NCBI GenBank assembly: GCA_032128875.1
Contig: JAVLKG010000003.1
Location: 792,974-856,973, forward strand
DNA length: 64,000 nucleotides
From: Candidatus Melainabacteria bacterium 17Bon1m
Lineage (GTDB): Bacteria > Cyanobacteriota > Vampirovibrionia > Obscuribacterales > Obscuribacteraceae
Reading direction: 5' to 3'
Under the pieces are notes generated by a model. It was given only the letters and a program-made list of their open reading frames with translations. It was not told where the DNA came from and ran no database searches. Made by a program: the position numbers and the translations under genes. Shown here piece by piece: positions 17,562 to 27,495 of the stretch; positions within the stretch are counted from its first letter, which is position 1; each line of letters opens with the position of its first letter.

Positions 17562-18488
17562 TTACCTTGACTTGAATATAGAAAGAAGCAGAGATTCAAA
17601 TCCTTCTTTATCCACAGCGGTGGCAACTTGCACCTTCCGTCCGCCAAAAAGAGAGGTGGATGTTTTACCCATGCTTTTTCCGGACATGGCAACATCAACT
17701 CGCATCTCTTTAAACGTATAGAGTTCGGGTTTAATCGTCGCTGCAGCAGTAAGGGTGTCCCAAAAATAGTACTCAAATCCTTTCACGAGCGACCACAGTT
17801 TTAATGCCAATTTGCATCCACGCGATCGATCGGATGATTCATCCAGCAAGGTGAGAAATTCTTTCGTGACCGGCAGATTGTTGGTCACATCCAATGGGAT
17901 CAGTTTTATTGGGATTTTTGTGTCCAGGGTTACTTTAAAAGCTTCAGGATCAGCATAAATATTCCATTCAGCGCTGCCGTCGTGCCCTTCTTCCTGAACG
18001 TTGCCAGGCACGTTGAAAGCGCCTCCCATAATCACTATTTCCTCGACCTTGCTTTTGAGGTCGGGGTTGTCGCGCAGAAGCGGCGCCACATTCGTCAAAG
18101 GACCGGTTGTGACAAGGGTCATCGGTGTTTTGGAATTGTTCAAACAGTCATAGAAGACTGACTCTATCTTTCTGCCTTGCTTGGCTTGATACGAGCGTCG
18201 CATTTCTATTTCACTGAAAAGAGGAAGCTCATTAATGATGAAGCTCTCTTTGCGCCAATTATCGGGAAATGGGTTAGGAACTGCATCTTCGGTGACTGCA
18301 ATTTCTGCGCCCTCGAGCTGAAGGTACGTTGCTATTTTAACCATGGCGCTGTAAGCCTGATCGGCAAAACAGTCACCATTGGTGATACCAATTGCTTGCA
18401 GATCGATTTCCGGCGCCATCCATAGCAAAACGGCGCTTAAAATATCGTCTACGTGTCCGTCATGGTCGTGCAGTACGGGCTTCGGCAT
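17562..18488 (-). CDS. Inosine/uridine-preferring nucleoside hydrolase family protein
   Basis: DHDGHVDD, TGPLTNVA, IMGG, AEWNIYADPEA, PLDVT. Confidence 0.9.
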   Translation of the reverse strand: MPKPVLHDHDGHVDDILSAVLLWMAPEIDLQAIGITNGDCFADQAYSAMVKIATYLQLEGAEIAVTEDAVPNPFPDNWRKESFIINELPLFSEIEMRRSYQAKQGRKIESVFYDCLNNSKTPMTLVTTGPLTNVAPLLRDNPDLKSKVEEIVIMGGAFNVPGNVQEEGHDGSAEWNIYADPEAFKVTLDTKIPIKLIPLDVTNNLPVTKEFLTLLDESSDRSRGCKLALKLWSLVKGFEYYFWDTLTAAATIKPELYTFKEMRVDVAMSGKSMGKTSTSLFGGRKVQVATAVDKEGFESLLLSIFKSR

Positions 18489-18638
18489 CAGCTAGACAAA
18501 TTCCCCAGTTCTTCTTTGCAGGCATTAAGCTGAAGTCCAGTTTACTTGTCCTGACGCGCAGTTTCATGAATCTGCGCAGATTCCTGAAGGGTTCGAAATG
18601 AACCTACGTATTAAGGGCGCCCGTGGCTGATTATGCCT

Positions 18639-18947
18639 CTACAAAATTCCTAACTGCATCTTGGCGTCTTCGCTGGCCATGGTTCTTGGGTCCCACCTTG
18701 GCGTCCAGACGAGGTCAACCTTGACGTTTTCAACCCAGGGCAATTTCTTCACTGCCATATGAGCCTGAGACTGAATGACCGCGCCCAGCGGGCACGCGGG
18801 ACTCGTAAGGGTAAGTTTGACTGTGACATTACTTCCCTCGACCTGGATTCCATATATAAGTCCAAGATCGACAATGTTGACCCCCAATTCAGGGTCAACT
18901 ACCGTCCTCAAATTCTCTTGCACTACATCTTCTTGCAACGAGGACAT
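18639..18947 (-). CDS. sufT: DUF59 / SufT-type Fe-S assembly factor
   Basis: VVDPELGVNIVDLGLIY, TLTSPACP, WTPRW; last gene of the suf cluster. Confidence 0.85.
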   Translation of the reverse strand: MSSLQEDVVQENLRTVVDPELGVNIVDLGLIYGIQVEGSNVTVKLTLTSPACPLGAVIQSQAHMAVKKLPWVENVKVDLVWTPRWDPRTMASEDAKMQLGIL

Positions 18948-19003
18948 TTCACGTCTCCTACTTTTGGGCTAATCCGGACTATTGAGAATGGGTTTTGATA
19001 GCG

Positions 19004-19017
19004 AATCGATAACGATT
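19004..19017. repeat. Dispersed palindromic element copy (between sufU and sufT)
   Basis: ATAGCG-AATCGATAACGATT-GAAT. Confidence 0.85.
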
Positions 19018-19026
19018 GAATAAAGC

Positions 19027-19476
19027 CTAAGGGGCTGGGGATTTGAGGGTGTTGCCAAGCCCTTCCAGCATTGTGTTCCATGGCAAAAGTGCGCACTTAA
19101 TGCGAACGGGGTATTTTTTTACTCCGCGCAAAGCCTCTAAATCTTCCAGGTCTTCGGGCAATTCAACTTCCTCGGTTTTGTCGAGCATCATTCTTTTGAA
19201 GAGGTCGACAATTTCATTGGCTTCGTCTACGGTTTTGCCAAGAAGTAGCTCTGACATCATGGAGCCGGAGGCGGTATTTATTGAGCAGCCTTTTGCTGTC
19301 AGTTTGACGTCTTCGATTTTTCCGTCTTTTACAGAGAGGTAGAGCGTCAATTCATCGCCGCAAAGAGGGTTGACGCCTTCAACCTGAGCAGTCGGGTGTT
19401 CAATTGCCCCGTGGTTGCGGGGATTATGGTAGTGATCGAGAATTGTTTCCCGATAGAGATCATCTGACAGCGACAT
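19027..19476 (-). CDS. sufU: SUF system NifU-family protein SufU
   Basis: LYRETILDHY.NPRN.G, NPLCGD, GCSI..AS, RIKCA.LPW. Confidence 0.9.
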   Translation of the reverse strand: MSLSDDLYRETILDHYHNPRNHGAIEHPTAQVEGVNPLCGDELTLYLSVKDGKIEDVKLTAKGCSINTASGSMMSELLLGKTVDEANEIVDLFKRMMLDKTEEVELPEDLEDLEALRGVKKYPVRIKCALLPWNTMLEGLGNTLKSPAP

Positions 19477-20704
19477 GACCTAAAACCTTATCTGCTTCCT
19501 TCAACGCTTCGAACAACAGATCCACTTCTTCTTTGGTGTTGTAGATATAGAAGCTAGCTCTTGCTGTTCCCATAACATTCAAATCGCGCATCAGTGGCTG
19601 GCAGCAGTGATGCCCGGCTCTGACTGCAATTGCTGCGTCGGCGCAAATTTGCCCAATGTCGTGCGCGTGGATCGCGTCAACATTGAATGCAATTACGCCA
19701 CCACGCAGAGTGGCATCTTTCGGCCCAAAAATAGTGATATCGCCGAGCTCGCTCAGCTTTTCGAGAGCGTATCTGGTGATTTCAATCTCGTGCTCGCGGA
19801 CATTATCCATGCCGAGCGCGCTCAAATATTCAATTGCTTTTCCTGATGCAATCACGTCTGCAATGTTGCGCGTTCCAGCCTCGAATTTCCATGGCAATTC
19901 AGTCCATGTGGCTTTGTCGCGAGTGACTGTTGTAATCATGTGACCACCTGACTGAAAAGGCGGCATAGCGTTCAACAATTCTGTTTTGCCATACAAGATG
20001 CCGACACCGGTAGGCCCCAGCATTTTGTGCATAGAGAAGGTCAGAAAATCGACATCCAGTTCGCGCACAGATGTTTTCACGTGCGGTACGCCTTGTGCTC
20101 CGTCAACAAGGATGACAGCGCCGTGTGCATGTGCCAGTTCAGCCAATTCCTTAATAGGATTGATTGTGCCGAATACATTGGACATCTGAGTAACAGCGAC
20201 GATTTTCGTCTTGTCGCTGATCAATTTCTTTGCTTCAGCCATGTCCAATTGACCGTCTTCGGTAATCGGAATGAAGACTAGTTTTGCACTGCGCTCTGTC
20301 GCCAGGCGTTGCCACGGAATTAAATTGGAATGGTGCTCCATGGCGGTGAGTACAATCTCGTCGCCTGGAAGAATGTTGGCGTTGCCCCAAGAGTGAGCCA
20401 CGAGGTTGATGGCTTCGGTGGTGCCGCTGGTGAAAATAATCTCGTGTGTATGAGCGGCATCGATAAATGCACGAACGGTTTCGCGGACAGATTCATAAGC
20501 ATCCGTCGCTTCTTCTGCAAGCGTGTGGATACCTCTGTGAATATTAGCGTTGTAGCCTTGGTAGTATTCAGTAAGCGCGTCGATGACAACTTTCGGTTTT
20601 TGAGATGTCGCAGCGTTATCTAGGTATACAAGCTGCTTTCCATCGATTTTGCGGCTCAAAATCGGAAAGTCTTTGCGGATTTTTTCTACGTTCAATTTAC
20701 TCAT
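19460..20704 (-). CDS. sufS: Cysteine desulfurase SufS
   Basis: YLDNAATSQKP, SMHKMLGPTG PLP lysine, RAGHHC catalytic Cys; start MSKLNV. Confidence 0.95.
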   Translation of the reverse strand: MSKLNVEKIRKDFPILSRKIDGKQLVYLDNAATSQKPKVVIDALTEYYQGYNANIHRGIHTLAEEATDAYESVRETVRAFIDAAHTHEIIFTSGTTEAINLVAHSWGNANILPGDEIVLTAMEHHSNLIPWQRLATERSAKLVFIPITEDGQLDMAEAKKLISDKTKIVAVTQMSNVFGTINPIKELAELAHAHGAVILVDGAQGVPHVKTSVRELDVDFLTFSMHKMLGPTGVGILYGKTELLNAMPPFQSGGHMITTVTRDKATWTELPWKFEAGTRNIADVIASGKAIEYLSALGMDNVREHEIEITRYALEKLSELGDITIFGPKDATLRGGVIAFNVDAIHAHDIGQICADAAIAVRAGHHCCQPLMRDLNVMGTARASFYIYNTKEEVDLLFEALKEADKVLGHVAVR

Positions 20705-20709
20705 CGTCG

Positions 20710-21045
20710 TTACCTCGCACCAAAGGCAGTGGCTTGTGCCGCTACCCAAATTTCTTCCCCACGCAATTCGACTTTGTAAGTCGGCACCGGCAAAACCGCC
20801 GGCAAACACAACGCTTTGCCTGTAATCACGTCAAAGCGCGCACCGTGGCGAGGACACTCTATTTGATTGTCAACAAGTTCGCCTTCGCCTAGTGGACCGC
20901 CGTCGTGGGTACACAAATCAGCAATGGCGTAAAACTCTCCGTCTACATTGCATATGGCCAATTCCGTTTCAAAAGCGGTAAATACGCGGGAGGCACCTTG
21001 CGGTATATCCGCTTTGTTTGCCACTTTTACGAATTCAACGGACAT
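20710..21045 (-). CDS. Rieske-type [2Fe-2S] ferredoxin
   Basis: CTH...CPRH Rieske motifs; RBS AGGAG. Confidence 0.9.
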   Translation of the reverse strand: MSVEFVKVANKADIPQGASRVFTAFETELAICNVDGEFYAIADLCTHDGGPLGEGELVDNQIECPRHGARFDVITGKALCLPAVLPVPTYKVELRGEEIWVAAQATAFGAR

Positions 21046-21065
21046 CTGAAACTTGCTCCTGAAAG

Positions 21066-22445
21066 TTAGCTGTGAATCTTGTCTGCAACGAGGGCGTTTA
21101 TCCAATCGCCTGCACCATCGACCGGACAAGATTGAACAACTTGGCGGAAGAAGCCGGTAACGATGAGTTCTTCGGCTTCGAGTAAACTCAAACCGCGGCT
21201 CATTAGATAGAAAATCTGCTCTTTATCGGCTGGTCCGACAGTTGCGCCGTGCGCGCATTTTACGTCGTCTGCGAGAATTTCCAACTTTGGAATCGAATCT
21301 GCATGCGCATTAGAGCCGAGCAGTAAGTTCTTGTTGCTTTGATAGGAGTCTGTGCGCTGCGCTTCTTTGCTGACTCTGATCGTTCCCAAATAAGCTGATG
21401 AAGAGCTCTCTTTGAGGGCGACGCGGAAATTGATTGTCGATGTGGTGTCAGGCGAAATGTGATCCTGAATGGTATTGAACGAATAACGCTCGCTGCCGGC
21501 ACCCAAAACAACTCCTCGGATGTCGCTTTTGGAGCCAGGCTCTTTCAAATTGGTCTGGATATCCGATTTGATTTGCCAGCCGCCCAAAGCAACGGTCGAT
21601 GCATGAAGTGAGCCGTCTTTTCTTACTTCGTTGTATACACGTGAAACAGCGAAAGTATTTGACGAGAAGTCTGAAACATCAAGGTAAGAGAGGCTGCCGT
21701 TTGCTCCGACATAAGTCTCGATTGACGAATTGACCAGCGAAAGTGATTCCTGCGCATTGACAGCTGTCGTTTTGTCGGCGGTGCAGATGTTGACGAACTC
21801 GGCTTTAGCGCCTTGTTCGACGATGATGATCACGCGCGGGAAAAGGGCGATGGATGTTTCAGCGCCACTAGACAGTACATTCAATACAGGACTTTCAAGA
21901 ATAACGTTCTTCGGAACATAGAGAAATGCACCGCAATTGAAAAGCGACTGGTTCATCAAATAAAACTTGTCGTTTTGCGCAAAATCCGGTGTCGGCAAAT
22001 TCTCCGGCGCCAGGTATTTGCTCAGAAGATCGGCATGTTGAGCCAGAGCTGTTTTCAACGAGCAAAAAATCACTCCTTTGGAAAGCAGCGCGCTGTCGGC
22101 ATTGCCGATTTCAACACTCTGAGGAGTCGTGTAAATGTAAGGCAAGTTTTTGCCGAGGTGCGAAAGTGCTTCAGTTATAACCGCGGGCTCTTTTGCAGCG
22201 CTCTTTTCTTTGCTGTCGCTGACGACTACATTGAGAGTGCTCAAGTCAAGCGCGTCTACTTCGGTACGACGCCAGTTCTCGTCACGATTGCACGGAGTCG
22301 GGATCTTCAAATAAGACTCGAAAGCCTTCAAACGACTATCTTTCAACCATGCTGGTTCCGCAGTCTGTTTGGTTATTTCGTCTACCCGCTCTTTTGCTAT
22401 CGTTTTCACCATCTCACCCAATGTCTCTCTAAACCCAGTTGTCAC
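21066..22445 (-). CDS. sufD: Fe-S cluster assembly protein SufD
   Basis: ENWRRT, PKLEILADDVKCAHGATVG, FYLMSRG; start GTG 22445 or ATG 22412. Confidence 0.9.
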   Translation of the reverse strand: MTTGFRETLGEMVKTIAKERVDEITKQTAEPAWLKDSRLKAFESYLKIPTPCNRDENWRRTEVDALDLSTLNVVVSDSKEKSAAKEPAVITEALSHLGKNLPYIYTTPQSVEIGNADSALLSKGVIFCSLKTALAQHADLLSKYLAPENLPTPDFAQNDKFYLMNQSLFNCGAFLYVPKNVILESPVLNVLSSGAETSIALFPRVIIIVEQGAKAEFVNICTADKTTAVNAQESLSLVNSSIETYVGANGSLSYLDVSDFSSNTFAVSRVYNEVRKDGSLHASTVALGGWQIKSDIQTNLKEPGSKSDIRGVVLGAGSERYSFNTIQDHISPDTTSTINFRVALKESSSSAYLGTIRVSKEAQRTDSYQSNKNLLLGSNAHADSIPKLEILADDVKCAHGATVGPADKEQIFYLMSRGLSLLEAEELIVTGFFRQVVQSCPVDGAGDWINALVADKIHS

Positions 22446-22508
22446 GCGTATTCGCGTCCGTCTCGGCCATGTTTAAGCATGGCTCGCCTCAGTCTTCGAT
22501 AGCCATAG

Positions 22509-23954
22509 TTAACCTACGGAACCTTCCATCTCGAGCTGGATGAGCCTGTTCAGCTCAACAGCGTATTCCAGTGGAAGCTCCTTGGTGAAGGGCTCGAAGA
22601 AACCATTAACGATCATCGCTTTAGCTTCCGCTTCAGTCAGACCGCGGCTCATCAAATAGAAAAGCTGCTCTTCTCCGACTTTGGAAACGGTCGCTTCGTG
22701 CTCGATGGTTACTTCTTTCTCGTCCACTTCCATAGTCGGATAAGTGTCCGAGCGCGAAGCTTCATCGAGAAGGAGCGCATCGCAACGTACTGAGGACTTG
22801 GAGTTTTTCGCTTCCGGATACACCTTGATCAATCCGCGATACGAGGCGCGGCCGCCGTCTTTCGAGATGGACTTCGAGACGATGGTGGAGGTGGTGTTCG
22901 GTGCGGCATGGATTATTTTGGCACCAGCGTCTTGGTGCTGCTCGCTGCCGGAAAGAGCAACTGAGAGCACTTCGCCGTGCGCGCGCTGTCCGACCAGGTA
23001 AATAGCCGGATACTTCATAGTCAGCTTGGAACCGAGGTTGCCATCGATCCATTCGACCTTCGCGTCTTCGTGAGCGACTGCGCGTTTGGTGACAAGGTTG
23101 TATACGTTCTTCGACCAGTTTTGGATTGTCGTGTAGCGAATGTGAGCGCCTTTCTTCGCGATCAACTCAACTACTGCAGAGTGCAGCGAGTCTGTCGAAT
23201 AGACAGGAGCCGTGCAACCTTCGATGTAGTGCACGTAGCTGCCTGGCTCGGCGATGATAAGCGTGCGCTCGAATTGACCCATGTTTTCTGCGTTAATGCG
23301 GAAATACGCTTGCAGCGGGATTTCCACTTTGACGCCGGATGGCACCCAGATGAAGCTGCCGCCGGACCAGACTGCCGAGTTCAATGCTGAGAACTTGTTG
23401 TCTGCAGATGGAATAACCGTAGCGAAGTGTTCGCGCACGATATCTTCGTGCTCGCGCAAACCTGAATCCATGTCGAGGAAGATTACGCCTTGTTTTTCAA
23501 GGTCTTCACGAATGGAGTGATAAACAACTTCCGACTCGTACTGAGCGGTGACTCCGGCGAGGAATTTGCGCTCGGCTTCGGGAATACCAAGGCGATCGAA
23601 GGTTTGCTTGATGCCTTCCGGTACCTCGTCCCAATTCTTTTCCCCCTTTTCGGAGGGCTTGATGTAATAGAAGATATTGTCGAAATCGATGTCTCCGAGC
23701 AGCTTGCAGTTGCCCCAGGTCGGCATCGGCTTCTTGCGGAAAATATCAAGCGCGCGCAGGCGGAACTTGAGCATCCACTCCGGCTCGTTTTTCATCGCTG
23801 AGATACTGCGGACAATCTCTTCTGTCAGTCCGCGACCGGATTTGAAAACGTAGTCTTCTTTATCCTTGAAACCGTATTTGTAGTCAGACGCAATGGAGCG
23901 GATGTCTCCAAACTGGTCTGTGGTTTCTTGTGGTTGTCTAAGTTCGGCTGCCAT
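22509..23954 (-). CDS. sufB: Fe-S cluster assembly protein SufB
   Basis: [49 protein letters not shown]. Confidence 0.97.
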   Translation of the reverse strand: MAAELRQPQETTDQFGDIRSIASDYKYGFKDKEDYVFKSGRGLTEEIVRSISAMKNEPEWMLKFRLRALDIFRKKPMPTWGNCKLLGDIDFDNIFYYIKPSEKGEKNWDEVPEGIKQTFDRLGIPEAERKFLAGVTAQYESEVVYHSIREDLEKQGVIFLDMDSGLREHEDIVREHFATVIPSADNKFSALNSAVWSGGSFIWVPSGVKVEIPLQAYFRINAENMGQFERTLIIAEPGSYVHYIEGCTAPVYSTDSLHSAVVELIAKKGAHIRYTTIQNWSKNVYNLVTKRAVAHEDAKVEWIDGNLGSKLTMKYPAIYLVGQRAHGEVLSVALSGSEQHQDAGAKIIHAAPNTTSTIVSKSISKDGGRASYRGLIKVYPEAKNSKSSVRCDALLLDEASRSDTYPTMEVDEKEVTIEHEATVSKVGEEQLFYLMSRGLTEAEAKAMIVNGFFEPFTKELPLEYAVELNRLIQLEMEGSVG

Positions 23955-23970
23955 GGTTGCCTCCTTCAGG

Positions 23971-24741
23971 CTAAGCTACGCCCGAGGGTGTAAGTTCTTG
24001 TGTGACCCAGTCGTATCCGCGTTCTTCGAGCTCTTCGGAAAGCTCGCTTCCGCCGGTTTTGACAATCTGTCCGCTCTGGAAAACGTGGACGAAGTCCGGT
24101 TTTACATAGTTGAGAATGCGCTGATAGTGAGTGATTAGAAGCACTGCGGTTTCTTTTGTCGCCAGCGTGTTGATGCCATTTGACACAACTTTGAGAGCGT
24201 CGATGTCGAGACCGGAGTCGGTTTCGTCAAGCACAGCCAGAGCCGGCTTGAGAAGAGTCATCTGCAAAATTTCCAGACGTTTTTTCTCACCACCCGAGAA
24301 ACCGTCATTGATATAACGCGAAAGAAATTCATCCTTCACTTCCAGAAGCGCCATTTGAGCTTTCAGCTCCTGACGAAACTCTTTGACAGGAATTTCTTTG
24401 CCCCGCACCGCTTTAACTGAAGCGCGCAGGAAGTTTGAAACTGAAACGCCGGGAATGGCGACGGGATATTGAAACGCCAGAGACAAGCCCTTTTTCGCTC
24501 TTTCGTCCGGCGGCAAATCACCGATCTCTTCACCTTTGAAGAGAATCGAGCCGCGATTGATGTGATAGCGAGGGTGCCCCATCAGCGTGTAAGACAGAGT
24601 CGATTTACCCGAGCCGTTACGACCCATGATGGCGTGCACTTCACCAGGGTTGATGGTGAGATTGACACCCTTAAGAATGTCCTTGCCCTCTACTGAGACC
24701 CACAGGTCTTCAATCTTCAGAAGTGGTTCTTGTGCTGCCAT
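23971..24741 (-). CDS. sufC: Fe-S cluster assembly ATPase SufC
   Basis: [39 protein letters not shown]. Confidence 0.97.
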   Translation of the reverse strand: MAAQEPLLKIEDLWVSVEGKDILKGVNLTINPGEVHAIMGRNGSGKSTLSYTLMGHPRYHINRGSILFKGEEIGDLPPDERAKKGLSLAFQYPVAIPGVSVSNFLRASVKAVRGKEIPVKEFRQELKAQMALLEVKDEFLSRYINDGFSGGEKKRLEILQMTLLKPALAVLDETDSGLDIDALKVVSNGINTLATKETAVLLITHYQRILNYVKPDFVHVFQSGQIVKTGGSELSEELEERGYDWVTQELTPSGVA

Positions 24742-25122
24742 CTTGTTTCTCGGTCCTTTGTGGTTTCTGTCTCGAGCCTTAAGCTCTGCCGGCCCTTTAA
24801 ATGGGATATATATCCTATCCTTTTTAAATAAGGAGCTCCTTGAGAAGGCACCTTAAACATATCAAAGTTTCGGCTGGTTGGCTTTTATAGATATAATAGT
24901 ATCAAAAATCTACCAAGTCCCGCTCGTCCTTAAGGATAGTTTTTGTAAGCTCAAATGGCGCTTTGGGACCGACCTGACTGATAACCGAGCCGGATATTTG
25001 GGGTACCGGGATAGAAGAAATCGCGAAAAGGCATTGTTGCGACACGGTTACACTAGTTACGCTTAAACTTCGACCAGATAACGATTTGACCATTTAACCA
25101 ATAGACCGATAGAACTATAGAA

Positions 25123-25767
25123 ATGATTACTCAGCCACTATCCGGAACTCCAGAGACAACTCAACAAGCCGTGCTTCTTTACTTGAAGCGCCACGGCGAG
25201 ATGACCATCGGGGAACTTTGTGACGTGCTGAATATTACGTCCATGGCCGTGAGGCGCCATATCTCCGGGCTAATGCAAGAAGGTCTGGTGCTCTCGCGCA
25301 TGGTCAAACAGTCTCGCGGGCGGCCGACTTATAAGTACAGCTTGTCTCAAAAGGCCGAATCCTTATTCCCGTCAGGGATGCAGACCCTAGCCGTCGAGCT
25401 TCTCGACATGGTTTTTGAAGAGTCCGGGCACAAGGGGGTTATGAAGCTTTTGGAGCGCCGCAATGAAAAGCGCGCCGCACGCTTGCTTTCCCGCGTGGAG
25501 GGCAAGTCGCTCGAAGATCGAGTGGTCGAAGTGACGAAGATCTTCTCGGAAGACGGTTATATGACCGAATGGGAGAAGTTGCCGGATGGCAATTTCTTCA
25601 TTTTTCAGCGCCACTGTGCGCTTCACGACCTGGCTCATAAATATCGCCAGCTTTGCGCTCTTGAGCCCCAGCTGATGGAGACTTTGCTGGGGGTTAAGGT
25701 AACGCGCGAAAAGTATATGCTGCAAAACGACCCGGTGTGCGGTTACCTGGTCAAACGGGCTGGATAG
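25123..25767 (+). CDS. sufR: SufR-type Fe-S-sensing transcriptional regulator
   Basis: N-terminal wHTH (ITSMAVRRHI, GRP..Y), C-X12-C-xxE...C ligands, divergent from sufC. Confidence 0.85.
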   Translation: MITQPLSGTPETTQQAVLLYLKRHGEMTIGELCDVLNITSMAVRRHISGLMQEGLVLSRMVKQSRGRPTYKYSLSQKAESLFPSGMQTLAVELLDMVFEESGHKGVMKLLERRNEKRAARLLSRVEGKSLEDRVVEVTKIFSEDGYMTEWEKLPDGNFFIFQRHCALHDLAHKYRQLCALEPQLMETLLGVKVTREKYMLQNDPVCGYLVKRAG

Positions 25768-25876
25768 AGGCGCTTTAAGCGTAATTACACGCTAGTCACT
25801 CCCTCTGCGCAGATCTAATATCTGTACACTTCACATGTTTTTTTTCGAAAACGCGCTCTCGCGTAGTTTTGGTTAA

Positions 25877-27457
25877 ATGCGCAGTACAGACTCCCCTGAT
25901 CTAAAGCAAAGTGACGATGCTCAATCGACGGCAGCGACCGCCGACGGTGAAGCATCCAATCTGCTGCCTTCTCTGGAAGAACGCAGCCAGCACGCACGCC
26001 TTCAGAAGGAGAGTGTCGCCGGTGTTGCATCGGAAAGACAAACCGTCGACGGCGGCGCTCAAGTCGTCGAGGTACGGTCCGAAGTCGGCAATGCAGCAAC
26101 TGCGGTCGCGGAGTCATTGGCAAAGGCCGAAGATCAAGGAAGCCGAGGCGGAACAAAGAATGTTGCGAAAGACGGTGCGAAAGACGGTGTCAAAGATGGC
26201 ACTGCGTCTTGCCCTGTTTCCACCGAGTACAACACCTTGATTGATAAAGCCTGGCGCAATATTTACGATCCCACGCCCTTGGGCGATTTGGCGTCACTGA
26301 AGAACAAATACAACTGTCAAATCAAGACGCCTGAAGACGCATTTCGCTTCGTCAATCAAGAATTAGGCAAGACGGACGATCATTTTTCTCGCGTCCTGAA
26401 TCCCGCTCAAGTAAGGCAATTCGACAATCTTCTCAAAGGCTCGAGCAAGGGAATCGGTATTGAGGTTGTGCCGGTTGACCCCGAAAAAGCAAAAGAGTTC
26501 GGTTCGCTCAAAGTCATTGAAGTAATTCCTGGAAGCTCGGCAGCTCAAAAAGGTATGCAGCGGGGCGATTATATTAGTGCCGTTGATGGCGTCGATTTGA
26601 AAACCAAAACTCCGCAAGAAGCGTTTGCGCTCATCCAGTCTCAAAAAACGCACCAAATTACGGTCTTGCGTAATGGGGAGAAACTAGAGCTAAGTCTGCC
26701 GCAAACTACTGTCGATGTGCCTGCGGTGGTAGACAGAGTGATTCCTGGAACAAATATCGCTTACATCCGCGTGCGTGATTTCATGCAGGATGACGAATCT
26801 TACGAACTTCAAAATGCAATAAAGCGCCATCCTTATGTAGACGGATTTGTTTTCGATGTGCGCGGAAATTTGGGCGGCTCCGTTCTCCAGGCGCTGCAAT
26901 CTGCCTCTATGGTTGTCGGTGAGGGGACCTTGCTGACGCAAAAGATGCGCCACGAAGATGACAGCCCCGCAGGACCAGCCACATACGACAATACTGATTA
27001 CACGCTCGACAAGTATGAGCTTGTGACTCGGACCATCATGCCCGACGGAAAAGTGAGCGAAATTCGCGATCTTCGACTGCCGGACATCGTTGATAAGCCT
27101 ACCGTTGTCTTAGTCAATAACGATACGGCGTCTGCCGCTGAAATTTTTGCTGCTGCACTGCAACAAACCAACGAGGCAACTTTAGTAGGGACGCAAACCT
27201 ACGGCAAAGGCATTGGTCAGACAGTTTTCTATAAACAGCCTGCAGGCAGTCGTTTGCAAGTCACTAATTTCCGTTTCTATACGCCTAATGGAGATTGGAT
27301 AGGCGACGCCAATAAAAATCGCATTGGCGTGAAGCCCAATCAGGTTGTGGAAAACGGCAAGTTCGCCGAACCGGAAACTTCAACAGATCTGCAATTTCAA
27401 GCAGCTATCGCGACTATAAACAAGCAGCTGGGCCGCCGGAGCGAGCCAAGGCGCTAG
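25877..27457 (+). CDS. S41A C-terminal processing protease (CtpA-like) with PDZ domain
   Basis: GIGI PDZ loop, DVRGNLGG, TASAAE catalytic Ser, TYGKG catalytic Lys, TPNG. Confidence 0.9.
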   Translation: MRSTDSPDLKQSDDAQSTAATADGEASNLLPSLEERSQHARLQKESVAGVASERQTVDGGAQVVEVRSEVGNAATAVAESLAKAEDQGSRGGTKNVAKDGAKDGVKDGTASCPVSTEYNTLIDKAWRNIYDPTPLGDLASLKNKYNCQIKTPEDAFRFVNQELGKTDDHFSRVLNPAQVRQFDNLLKGSSKGIGIEVVPVDPEKAKEFGSLKVIEVIPGSSAAQKGMQRGDYISAVDGVDLKTKTPQEAFALIQSQKTHQITVLRNGEKLELSLPQTTVDVPAVVDRVIPGTNIAYIRVRDFMQDDESYELQNAIKRHPYVDGFVFDVRGNLGGSVLQALQSASMVVGEGTLLTQKMRHEDDSPAGPATYDNTDYTLDKYELVTRTIMPDGKVSEIRDLRLPDIVDKPTVVLVNNDTASAAEIFAAALQQTNEATLVGTQTYGKGIGQTVFYKQPAGSRLQVTNFRFYTPNGDWIGDANKNRIGVKPNQVVENGKFAEPETSTDLQFQAAIATINKQLGRRSEPRR

Positions 27458-27495
27458 GTTTAAGTTCCTTCATTGCCGAACTGATTGCGAAGGTC

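Noticed and set aside
22465-22484. Hairpin between sufB and sufD
   Set aside because: Ordinary intercistronic stem without U-tract; no further evidence of function.
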